DNA from: Balanoglossus misakiensis
Taxonomy: Eukaryota > Animalia > Hemichordata
Length of the DNA: 64,000 bases
NCBI GenBank assembly: GCA_040954595.2
Contig: CM082593.2
Span: forward strand, 6,415,479-6,479,478
Reading direction: 5' to 3'
Shown: one piece after another, positions 1-12,500 of the stretch
Numbering within the stretch: the first letter of the stretch is position 1
Layout: every line of letters begins with the position of its first letter
Notes under the pieces: model-generated
Seen by the model: the letters and a program-made list of their open reading frames with translations, nothing else
Told to the model about the DNA's origin: nothing
The model's database searches: none
Position numbers and translations under genes: made by a program

Positions 1-418
1 CGTCGACGTAAAACGATCCCGAGCATCTGCTGAGTGATAGGCCGGTCCCATGATGCACCGGGGGCTCTCCCCGTATAATGCATTCGCCGGGCTGTGTAGT
101 GCCGGTCGGTCGTTGTTTCGAGGAGCGGGGGTCGGAGGTTAAATGCGGTGTCGGTCCTGCAAATTGCCAGGAATGTTAAAATGTGCAGTAGCTGTGAAAG
201 AGAGCGGTGTTTACTCGGTGCTCAGGTACGTGAAGCGAGGGTTGCCTTCAGAGCGTTGCTAGTCCTCATCGGCGAGAGGTCACATAGCTATATCAACACA
301 GAGCTCACAGCTGCTTAGAGAGCTAGCCCGGTGTTTTCGTTCTCTGTGGATATATATAAACGCTCAGAGGCTGTTGAGACAGACGTGGACACAGTTGTTG
401 TGACAAGCAACAGTAAGT
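1..418 (+). promoter_or_regulatory. Possible CpG-rich non-coding first exon/promoter region of NDST ending in a splice donor
   Basis: CpG-rich start of the window followed by CA|GTAAGT at 412/413; no coding signal between here and 8060. Confidence 0.3.
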
Positions 419-3324
419 TCATTTCCCAGATCTCCTTGACAGTTGAAAACAGATGAATTCTGCATCTGTAACAGATGTGCCAGTTGTACAAGAGTTGTCG
501 TAAAAATATTTTTACCGGATCTCAATGGAAATGTGTGAAATGTACCAGTGGCTTATATTGTCACAGCTAACCTCTGGTGATCGTAATTGCCAGGTATTTT
601 CGTCAGAAGTAGATCTCGATGTATGGCGGTGTTATCCGTCTTTCAGTCAGATCAAAGGGTCCTCCTTTTTTTACGCACAAAACGGCTAGTGAAGCAAATC
701 TTCGAAAAACAACATTCCAGCGCGAAGAAAGATTTCTGTCCCCGAGCAGTGACGTGACTGAGATTGAGCAGGCTTCTGGTTTCTTGGTTTGTATATGCGC
801 GTATACCTCCAGGGAGGTTTGACCCTCCCGACTGGCTTCTGTTGTTCAGCATCTGCGAGTGTGGTTACGCTGTTTAATCACCGAGCGTCGGCTGCTGGTT
901 TCCGTGGGAATGGTACGTCGCGAGAATCTGATGAACTCAAGCTGGTTTGGGGAGGAAAAGGTTAATGTCGAAAGATCGCTGCCTGATAATCTTAGGATGG
1001 TTTCTTTTTATGTGTGGTGTAATCATGGCAGGCTCTACCCAGTGTAATGAAAGAACATCTTGATCACGCGGGCTGTTTAGCAAAGAGGCATAAGATGCGG
1101 TTTTCACAAGGATGGATCGCAAAACCGACTGTTGCTTTTCATTTAATTTGTCTTTTTTAAAGTCAGTCCGTAACCGCAGGTTTATTATTTAGCCCTGAGA
1201 ATCCTCGGAAAGGCTTTTAAGCTCGTCTGTTGATATATGACGGGACAGGCCGGCTGTCTTTGTAGATTTAGACGGCACAGTGTGACCCTGTGTGTGGCTG
1301 GCCTTGGTGACCATCGTTCATCGAGAATGTGACGGCCCATCAGTTCTCAAAGAATACATGTTGTTCCTTACACATAATTGCTGTGCTTACATCTTTAGTG
1401 CCCATATGTACACATTGTGCATAATAATAGAACATCAAAGTGATTTTTAATGGAAGACAGTTGGAGTGGAGGTTAGCCCTCTTCGAGGTCTGTTTATTCG
1501 AAGTCCTTTACTTGACTCTCTGCCTTCACAATCTTTCAAGTGCCTGTGTTTGTCAAAAAAGACGTCTAGACTAAACTATCTCCTGAAGAGGCTGGTAACG
1601 CGATAAAGTTGTCGTCTGGCTTGATTTTCAGTCTGGAATTAGATAATGGCACTGACAGAACCAACCAATCATGTTCCAGCTCTATTTTCACCCTGTATTT
1701 AGATTTTATCCAAATTTTAGTGACATTTTGTAGTACACACCAAAAATTATAAATTGAAGTGTTCACATTCCATACCAATTATGCAAATACTAGCTCAGTA
1801 AATGTAAATAACATCAAAATGAAAATTCTGAGCAGCTTTTTCTCCCCGTTACATATTGAAAAATTCAGTCCGTGTGTTCTAATATGTAGCTTAGATAAAC
1901 AACAAGAAGAATTTAGATAGTGATTCATGATTTTACTTTTTGGTAATAATACTTATGCTATTAACATTTGACTTTGAGTAAATAATTGCAAATTGATTTT
2001 TTCATAGCAAAGACCAATATCCTGTGTACTTATCTTCAGAAAATGCCACTTATATTACCACGAATGGCATCTCATTAGATTTATTGGGAGATTAATGATA
2101 TGACATTAATTAGACAAACTGTCACTCACAGAAAATGAAATTGGTTTTACATTTTACGGTCATCAAATTTTTTTATCTGGGTGGTTTTATGAACAAAAAT
2201 AACAGATTTAAAGGCATGGCAATTTGCCCACAAGTCTACGAGAAATGTAATCCAGATATTGCAATATATATATATAAATTCACATTCGTAGCTTCCTTGG
2301 TTTATTATTCATGCACAGTTTACCTTCAATAACCACTGAGGATCAGTAAGATTTCACGAATCTGAGACTAAAATTGATGCATCTCGGCCGAGATATAAAT
2401 TGACTTTCACGTTGTAAATGTCGAAGTCCTGACATACGCATTAATTATTAAGATGATTGAACTACTCTGTCTGCGTCGAGAGCGTTTCATCGAATCGTAA
2501 ACAAAACGTGACTGTCATGGGGGAAAGTCTGGGAACGGTCGTGATCATTCTAGCTGAACGACCCGGCCATGTACGAGCTGGTTTATTGATTTAAAGCTTG
2601 AGTTCGTTTTGGTTAGGTATGCACGGAGAATTTAAATTCCATGAACTTAGCAAGAAACCTGTATACATGTATGTGCAAAAATATACCTGTATGTTATAAT
2701 GGGGCATCTTGTGTGATATTTTACAGAAATTTTCTACACCCATTTATATGCTAGCTGTGGCATATCCCCCATACAGCTGCACTTGAACACTGGTGGTTGA
2801 TTGTTTCATAACAGTTGGTTTTGTAAATTGATGCTTTGAATTACATGTACTACTTCTCCGGTTTTAAATTTTTACGTTCTCGAATTATGACTCGGAAGTG
2901 GTTGTTTTTCGATACCACTTTCGTAAAATCGCATTCCCACTGCAGTGTTTTTTTGTATCATTTGCAAACCGCAGTCTTGCTGTTTGCATGGCCACCACAA
3001 AGATTTACTGAATCCATTAATAGCATTCCATCAACACAGACACAGACATTGAGAGTAAAATCCAGTCAATTATCCCGACTCATTTTTCTTTCTTCGTCGA
3101 TAGAGAGAGAGAGGAAAGTAGAAGAAAGCATGCTATAATTAGCAGGAAATGGAATTTTTTTTCACGATGTGTCTTTTCGCGTAGTTACCTACACTAATGC
3201 CTGTTGATCATGAAATATGGATTAGGGGCCACAAAAATCAACTCCCATGATTCCTTGTCAGTCACTCAAATGATGGTTGTTGTTATTTCGCTTTGAATCT
3301 TTCACCACAGTGGTTCAGTCCAAA

Positions 3325-3387
3325 CCCGTTGTGTTCTACATGGTACGGTTGGACCTCTATAGAGGGAACTAGGGGGTGAAAGGGTTA
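3325..3387. repeat. Short dispersed repeat (piggyBac-like GGGTTAA end), copy 1
   Basis: atggta...tggacctctatagagggaact.gggg..aaagggtta is shared with 11378-11426. Confidence 0.6.
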
Positions 3388-6300
3388 TTAAAGAACATCT
3401 GCATGACTGGATGCGGTAAATCTTCGCTGGGCAAATTGGCTTCATTTTGCCGGGACTGCTTGCTGGCTTTTAAAACAGGGAGTGTGTCTGCATCTGGTAA
3501 CTGTGGTGTCTCATTACACTAAATGCCATGTTTCATTGTGCATAATGTGTGCACGTGTCTTTTTAGCCTTTCACCCCTGTTTCCTGTAAATGGGTGCACC
3601 CATGTCATTGAAAACAATGGATCAAACCAAGAAGGAAAAGTTAATGTGCTGGAATGCGACAATCGTCACATATTAATCAGAAAAATATTTCTTGCGTAAA
3701 GACATTTTTATTTTAATTCTCTCAATGTGCAGACAAATAAAATCAGTTAGGTTTTCACTCATTTTGTGTCACTTACATGAAATTTGATAATACAGTATTG
3801 CCTATCATTATGAGTGAATCCAGATATCTCAAAATCTCTCCCTCAATGAAAGTTATTTGTAGTAATCCAATGCTACAGTTTAGTCAATTATAGAGTTATA
3901 TAACTATTTAATTCCAAATTAATAGGAAATTAAAACATGATTAGTGTATTATTCAGGCACATTTATATTTAATGGCGCTAATATTGGTTCTGCTAATTTG
4001 GACTTAAATGTAAATTGGCAGGGGGTGTGTCATTTCCTGTACTGCATTGGATGGTTTGTTTGGATTACTGAACTGACCATGGTCTAAACAAAGCTCTTCA
4101 GATTGCGAGATTTATCAAGTATTTTGTCATCTGTTAGGAGTTGGTTCCCGACATCTTAGATGGTTAAGACGCTCTCACAGTCGGTTCAGCATGTTTCAAT
4201 GTTGCCCTTTCTTGATTTGATCGGGTTCGAAAGTGCCTTGGGTAGCAATTTGTACAAAGGTCAGTCCTGGCGTGTCGGATCAATTTCATGGTAGTTTTCT
4301 GGGGATAGTTAGAACCGGCTATCTGCTATCCCCAAATTTTGGCATGTCAGCTTATTTTGAGCAGTTGAGACGCAGACTTTGCAAATTGGATAGCTTGTGG
4401 TCGGGAGGAGATACTATCCAGACTGAGTTATCGACACGTGGTTGTAAATTCTGCATTCCTTGATTTAACCAAAGCGTAGTTTTGTGTTCTGTCATAATAG
4501 GACTGGTCTGTGTCCACACAGAATTCAGTGTATGCAGTTTCAACCTTTCAAATTTCCCTTGTATCTTTGTATGTACATGTTCTTGTATAGGAAGCCCATT
4601 TAGTATTACAGGAAAAGCTAGCAGTGCTGGAGTGGCTTGAAAATACTTTCAGTTAATGAAACTGGTGATCAAATTAGCTGGTACAATTCACAAGTTCACC
4701 AAACTTCTTGAAACCCTAGCCGCACTCACACAGCTGTACTCCATCGCACTGAAATATCATACACACGCACCATGTATCACTTCGCGAGGTGGGGGTAGAA
4801 ACGTGTCAAGTGAGTTTGTTTAGCAGCTAGTTTTTGAAGTTCCGGAAGACAAAGCTATTTGCAATGTTTACTTTTTTTCGCTAGGAGGTAATTTCTGCGT
4901 TGCTAGCATTCTGTCCTGCGCTACAGATCTTGCGATTTTCTACGTACTTGTGTGTGACATGACAGAGGCTGGTAAGGTCTGAGTTAAAATTGGCTCTCTG
5001 TGAATTCAGTTTCTGTATCCATGGAAACTGTAGCCTAGGCGTAATTTCTTTTTCTGCGTTATTCAAATCATAGGGATTGTGTCGAATCGACCTGTGCAGT
5101 GTCGCACACCATACAGCGTGTAACAGCGGTCCATGGACGCTTGAATAAACAGAACTTTGCTAGCAAAGGTGATGTGTTCTTGCACCGGTTCAGGTGGCTC
5201 TGATGGCTTGTGTCAACATGGAAGAAGCTTGATTAATAATAGCTGAGTGCTGGCAGTTGTGAATTTCTTGAAGGTTTGAATGGCTCTTTCTCTGTATTTT
5301 GCTGCCCCAGTTCTTTCTGAAGGAGAATTCTTAATAACGTTAAAATTAGATTAGCGTTGTGTGAGGAATAGTCCCTGAAAGCATACATCGCAATGAACAT
5401 CATGTTTATCACTGTACTGTTGTATTTCTGTCGTTATTTGAAATTCTTTGATGGGAAGAGCTTGGAAGTACACAGCATAGAGTTTACATGACGACTGCAG
5501 TAACTCAATTTTTGTTGTGGTATTTGCGATTTTGTCCACTTTGTCTAGAATTATGGGGCAAAATAGGGAAAAATGTGCAAAAATGATGAAAATGTTGCAC
5601 CACAGTTCGACAGTAAAACATGTCGCGTTCAAAGGGTTAATAAACAAATCCCTCAATTCGGTCCATTCAGCCGTAATTAGATAAAGGAATTTCAGTTCTT
5701 CAAAATGTAACATGTACTGTTTCGTGCGTGTTGTTGCAGATTGTCTGGTGTAGATATCGATTTATTCCTGCAGGGCAGTAAAGGTCGGACTTTGTTTAGA
5801 CCGACGCTATCATTTCGCGGTGATCCTCTTGATACCGTGGATTAACTTATTGGACAAACAAATGCATTGAAGTCGACATGGCCATTTTAGTGGGCAGAAA
5901 ACCTACTTCACAAACAGCCGTAACTGACAGGGCAGCCATTATTGCAAGGGACAGAATTTACAGCATTATCAACGTTATCATGCAATCATTCCCAGTAATA
6001 TAAGATGAAAACATCAGGGGTGATGCGGTTCAAACGATAACCCTACTACCAGTATCGGAGTGCTTCATGACTGAAAATTAAAGGTTGATAGCAGAGCTAC
6101 GTAGCATGATTTGTAAACGCTTGTGTGGCAAATTGATTCGGTAAATTACCCATACTGCACATGTGTGTGGGCGTTCTCATCAGTAGGGGGGCCTTATGAA
6201 TTGAACGTGTCATATTCATTGGTAAAATCGTAATGTACTAACATGTAATAGTATCAGAAACTGTTGTCATTACATTTACTTGTGACAAAACCGAAAGATC

Positions 6301-8059
6301 ACCTCACAGGGGTGCTGTATACTTCTCAAATTCAGAGTCATGAGAGCTTACAGTTATCACAGTCTGTGTTTTTCCAGTCATCAACATCTGATTCTCTCTT
6401 TCTCGTCCCGATCACTCAAAACACCTTTTTATACCGTGATAAACTGTTTTTCTGTGGTTGAAATGCAGTGGCCGTGCAAGCATGAGACGTATTTAGAAAA
6501 TAAATACATAGAGATGTTGATAGCCTCCATAAGTGCCATTAATTAGCCACCCTTGGGTGCTGTGCGCCCGTGCCGTGCTCCCACATGGGGTCAAAGGTCG
6601 GGCTAGTGACAGTTTTAGCAGCCATTATCATCAGGCAGTCTCTTTCGGCTCAGACACTTGACTCCGGGTGGAAGGACGTCTCCCCTGTGGGGGTAACTGC
6701 AATTCCTTGTGGAGTATGACATCAGTGTGTTTTGCATACAAACGACGAAAGTCGGATGCTGAGATTCTGAAAATTTGTTCACTATAAGGCACCCTGTACA
6801 AAAGTCTAGAATCTATCGATGTGGTTCCCAACTCCGCTTGGTTTGACAGAGCCAGGGATCAAAAAGGAGTCTGTATTGTCTTTGACATCAGGATAATTAT
6901 TTGTTGTGTGTACATTATGATGTCAGATTTGTTGGTGTAAGTAAGCATGCATGCAAGTTTAGATTGAATCAAAAATAATGCCATTGATGATTCTTGTTCT
7001 CGGGCTTTATTCACTCACAATGAAATCTGAATTCTGAACAAACAACGGCAACCTTCAGATAACAGTGGCGTCCAAAGTTAGTATAAACAGCGTTCTTGTG
7101 CGCTTTGGGACACTGCTCTACTTGGGCAGTTTCCAGATGTAAGATGAAGTCACTACATCAATTCAGAAGACAGGTTTCTATACTGTAGTTATCAACTCAA
7201 GCCGTGTGAAAGAAACGTTTTTCACGTCGTGATATTACCCAGAAGCCTAACCTTGCACTAAAATCAAAGTGTGTGTTTACACTCGCGTCGTTTTCGCGTT
7301 TGATTTATACATCCATCTGTCTGCATTTAAGTCTGGCTAAGTAAAATGAATGATAAAACGGTATATCTCATGCCTCCTGGCTGAAGGTGATGTTATGCGG
7401 GCGATATTTCATTGTGATGTACAACCCGGTTAGGACTTTATGGCATAATAATATCCTGTAAAAGTCGTAACCTCCGTGTAATATACAGCATTCTGTCTTG
7501 TAAAGTTGTAAAAGTGTCAGATGTGTCCTCGTTACTTGTTATAGCTACTTAGCAAAGAGAATTTACGTGAATGATTCAATATGCGTATGTGGATAAACCC
7601 TGTCTTGCAGATTCTTATTTGTGACTGCATTTCTTTGTTCAGGATTCCACAGGCATGTGTGTGCGATAGTAAACCATATCTCTTATCTGGCTTCATGGCT
7701 AATAGCCCTGACTAATTTCAGGCGAGCTGCCAGGCAGAATGACCTAGATCTCTTTAATACTGATGTTTTTTTCTCACCCCACATGAGATGGTTTGACCCA
7801 ATACATGTATATGTACATGTAGTTGTTTGTGGTATGGGTGGACCTTTACACATGGAGGTGGGGGGTGTGTAGGATGAAAGTGGTGTATGTTGGGGGTGTG
7901 TAGGATGAATTCAGAGACTTTTACTGAGTTGTACATTTATCGAGTCGCAGTTTTAGACGAGTGGGAAAAAAACACTTGATCTGTAGGATATTTTAGTGCT
8001 CTCAGAGCATAAAAGTTATCTCTAAACTACATAGTTCTTTTTCTATTTACTAATTTCAG

Positions 8060-8508
8060 ACTTTGAAGAATCAACCCAAGGACATCGACATAGCTGGCGT
8101 TAGCAACCGTTCCTGCTGTGCCGGAGTAATTGGATAAAAAGCAGTTCTAAAATCACAGGCAGTAGGGGGTGACCCTGAACTGGTATAACCAATTTTGGAA
8201 ACATCCGCCTCTAGAGGAAATATTTGCAGACTACTGGAGACACTCGGAGAGTTTGTGCCGGGGGAAATTTTTAACTTCTCATCGGATATTGTGTCAGACA
8301 TTTCCTGTACTGTGTGGTGACCGTAACAGACTTTGTGGAGAATTAACGGCAAGGGAATTTCACAGACATGGCACCAGGTGAGTTGATTTCCGCGCCGCGA
8401 AAATCATGATATCTGCCGCGACAATGTCATCGGATGTCCGCTAATATTCTGCTACTGGGAACTGTTGTTTCTTTCTCACACTCGCGGTGCAATTTTTTGA
8501 AGCGATGA
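8060..8508 (+). promoter_or_regulatory. Putative NDST 5' UTR portion containing three upstream ORFs (8368-8409, 8406-8444, 8434-8508)
   Basis: Branch point plus acceptor (ctaatttcag) ending at 8059; the uATGs and their stops were read directly. UTR status is inferred. Confidence 0.6.
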
Positions 8509-9542
8509 TCGTCAAGGGGAGACTGTTTCACAAACTCTCGAAAATGCTGAGCTTCAGCTGCGCGCCGGGCCGCTGCGTGCCCACCCAGCCGGCCATCAAG
8601 AGGAGCATCATCGTTCTGCTGTGTCTGAGCGTGGTGTCGCTATGGATACTGGCGTACTACGTGTCGTACCCGAGCTACGGCCAGGGGCTGGACCGGGCCG
8701 TGCAGCCGGAGATTCTCTGCAAACTCCACCCCAGCGAGCACGGCCGCCATTTCGCGAGCCGCGAGCGACACGTACCTTCCACGTCGACCAGCAACAAAGC
8801 CCGGGCCTTGCTCTTTGTGGAGAATGCGTACTCCCGACTCGGGCGGGACATCTTGACTATACTGGAAGCGAACCGCTACCGCTATCACATAGAAACTGCA
8901 AACAGCAAGAGTTTGCCCACGTTAACGTTTAACGGTCAGGGATTGTATTGCGTTATCATTTTTGAAAATCTCGACTCCTATATTTACATGGACGCTTGGA
9001 ACAGAGAGCTTTTGGATAAATATTGTCTGGAGTACAACGTCGGGGTGATTGTCTTCACGCCCGTCAAGGAAGAGACCTTGTTTCACGTTCAAGTGGGGAA
9101 TTATCCCTTGTATATGCACACAAATCTTGGGCTTCGAGACTACGAACTGAACCCCTACTCGGATGTGCACTACATCGCCCGACCTGGGGAGACTTACTAC
9201 GGCTATTTGCCGGGGGTCGACTGGACGGTCTTCCAGTCGAATCACACCAGCTTTGAGCCGATCGCGTACGCCCGGACGAGCACCACCGAGTATGTGAATC
9301 TCGGCTACAGTCAGGTGCTCCACCCGACGGTGCTTCTCGACCACGGCCTCGTCGACGGCATCCAGAAGGTCTATTTCGGCAGCGGGTTCGGTTTTTGGCT
9401 ACACAATTTGATTTTCCTGGATAGTTTGTCGTATTTATCGAACGGTGGACTGAGCAAGAGCCTGGATAGGTACATGCTGATCGACATCGATGATATTTTT
9501 GTCGGACGTGTTGGAATTAGAATGAAACCGGTAGATGTTCAG
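8505..9542 (+). CDS. NDST: NDST coding exon 1 (signal anchor, stem, start of deacetylase domain)
   Basis: ORF 8487-9638, ATG 8505, donor CAG|GTGAGT at 9542/9543; ends ...RMKPVDVQ. Confidence 0.93.
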
Positions 9543-12500
9543 GTGAGTGATGTTATACCTTTGCGCTTTCAACTTTGGTCCACAAAATTTCAGAAAATGG
9601 CACGAAAATTAATCACAGTGAATGAATACTTTGTATAAAGTTGATCGTGGGAGCTTCAGAACCAATGGCTGTTGTTTGTTTTGATCATGTGACCTTCTGA
9701 ACCAATGGCTGTCGTTTGTTTTGATCATGTGACCCTCTGAACCAATGGCTGTCGTTTGTTTTGATCGTGTGACCTTCTGAACCAATGGCTGTCGTTTGGC
9801 TGTTTGCAGGCGTTAATCAAATCTCAAGAGACCCTCCAGTCGCAGGTGCCGGGATTCCGGTTCAATCTCGGCTTCTCAGGGAAATTTTTGTACAGCGGCG
9901 ACGCGGAGGAGGACGCGGGCGACGACGCCCTCATCGAGCACGCCCACCGCTTCTGGTGGTTCCCGCACATGTGGAGCCACCTGCAGCCGCACCTGTTCGA
10001 CAACGAGACCCTGCTGCGGGCGGAGATGGTGAAGAATCGGCAGTTTGCCAAGGTAGGTCGTCGCCGGGGTGGGGGGGGGCTCAGGGGGTTCCGTCAATGA
10101 GGCGATGTCAGTGTGAGAGGTCAGAAACTCTCACTGGCAATCTGAGAGTCTGAAACACTGAGCAGGAATAGAGTTATTTTTTAACAATCTGGTATGTCGT
10201 AGAAACTTGTTTTGTTGTTGCCATATTTATTCTTGCATATAGCAATACATGTATTTCTCTGCGTAAGAATACAAAAATCAGTAGTTAAAAGTTGAACACA
10301 GCATTTGTCAACTGATATTGATCGATAAGTATTATGCAGTTTCAGTATCATATCAGCTGATATTAGTATTGGAGGCTATGGAAGAAATTGCAATGATTTG
10401 AAGTAAAGCTTGTAAACATACACTTAAGCGTGCCTATAACCATCTTTTCCTCATGACTATTACATCCCAGTTGGCATTCCAATTTCCTCTATTAACATTT
10501 GATAGCAGTACAGGAAATATCAAATGGCAGCGAAACGTCTGATTTGCAACAAAATTGCAGTGAAATTTTGAGATACTACTTCAGAAGTGTTGGTCAAATT
10601 TCCAGTGGCACCTACTTATATCAGAAAGTGTCTATTGCTTTTAGTAGGCTTTGTTGTCACTAGTTTGATGTAACTGTTATTTGATATTTCTGTTAAAGCA
10701 CTAAACTGGGGTAGTAGCAACAGAAATACGTGTATCGTCAACTGGCACTGTCACACGCACCCTGGAACAAGACTAATCTAATTTTAATAGATTCGCAGAC
10801 TGCCCGAACTGATCTAATATGCATGAGCAGTTTGCAGGTGAATGCGTCGAACCGTAATAAGGAATCTCCCTCGGGAGAGCACTGGTATCGCCCGGGGGGT
10901 TTACCCTAATCGCCGGGAGACGGGAAGGATGGCATGGTTTTTCCATGTCTCAGCAGGGATGTGTTCTGGTCGTGAGATGGAGATCCATTGATTTCCCAGG
11001 GGTCCCCTGTAACGCTGCGTTTCTCGGAGCCGAGCCTCGGAGACCTCGCGCATTGTGCCCGCTAGGTCTTGGCCACTGTTCGTCGTTAATTGGCGCCTTT
11101 ACGGCAAAAAATCGTCCCGCATTGTCCCCGAGCCCGGCTTGGAAATATGACTCTGAGACGTATTATACCGGTGTAAAAGCAGATTTAATGGGTCTGGAGG
11201 TTGACTTGCGTTTACAAAATTACATTTCCTGTCTCCAAAGAAGCTGGTGCATTCGATATTTCCTTCATCGGAAATGATTAACCCTCTGCCCGCAAATTCA
11301 GTTTCAAAATAGATTTTTGCACCTTTGTCTGTTTCAGCAGCTAGATTGTTTCTGAACCTTTAACCACCATTGTTTTGTATGGTAAACCTGGACCTCTATA
11401 GAGGGAACTGGGGGTTAAAGGGTTAAGTGTCATTGCTTCCTTACTGATGCCACTGTATTGTTTTCTTCCTTAGAAAATATGAACATATGATTGAATCATT
11501 TCTGGCCATGTACAGCGAGATTTAGGTCAGAGGTTAGGCCCGGTTTTATGTAAAAATATTGTTTAGGAAAAAAAATGTGCACAACTCAAATTTTATCAGC
11601 AAAAAATGAATATTCTCAATAGTTTGTTAACCCTCTGCATTTTCCCCCTTTTTTTGTCAGGATCATGATATTCCAGTGGAAAATTTCTATTCCGTGGCAC
11701 CGCATCATTCCGGGGTGTATCCAGTACATACGCAGTTGTACGAGGCCTGGCGGAAAGTATGGAATATCCGTGTGACAAGCACTGAGGAATATCCGCATCT
11801 GAAATTTGCCATCAAGAGAAGAGGCTTCGTTCACAGAAATATCATGGTAAGAAACGTGTTCACTTCAATTTCAAAGTGTTCAGTCAGTTATTGTGCCTAG
11901 GACACGCTAGTGATCATACCCTTGTTGAACATTTCTGACATAGAAAAAAATCTCCAGCAATTATCAAACAGACTTTGTGTAGAAAGCCACAGATTTTTCA
12001 TCACTCCTGCTTGAAGTGTCTGTATTGTATGTTTCGCGTTCCTCGTGATCAGCCAAGACTCTGAAGTGGCTGTTCGCTGTTTCCATCGTGTGTATTCCTT
12101 CAGAAAATGCACGCTTTGCGGTGGATTTTCATGTGCAGTAGCTGTTATGTGTATTTGATAATCTTTTGTAAGCTATGCCTCTCTGTCTCTGGTTGACTCA
12201 GTGGAGCAGTGAGCTTTTACGAAACCAACAAACACACCAGCAGTACAGGAAGAATCATGTTCTTATGTTAACTTTGTTTTAGAATTTTCCTGTGCCAAAA
12301 AAAAAATAATTTCTTTTAATATGTAAGTACGTGTAAGTGTAATATTTATTGTGGTCTTTTCTGGATAGGTGTTACCGCGGCAAACGTGTGGTTTGTTCAC
12401 ACACACAATTAATATGAGTGAATATCCTGGTGGTTTCACCAAACTACAGAAGAGTATCTATGGTGGAGAGTTATTTCAGATTTTTATAAATAATCCAGTA

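Noticed and set aside
8621-10153. Overlapping and antisense ORFs within NDST exons 1-2
   Set aside because: Shadow ORFs caused by high GC3 in the real reading frame.
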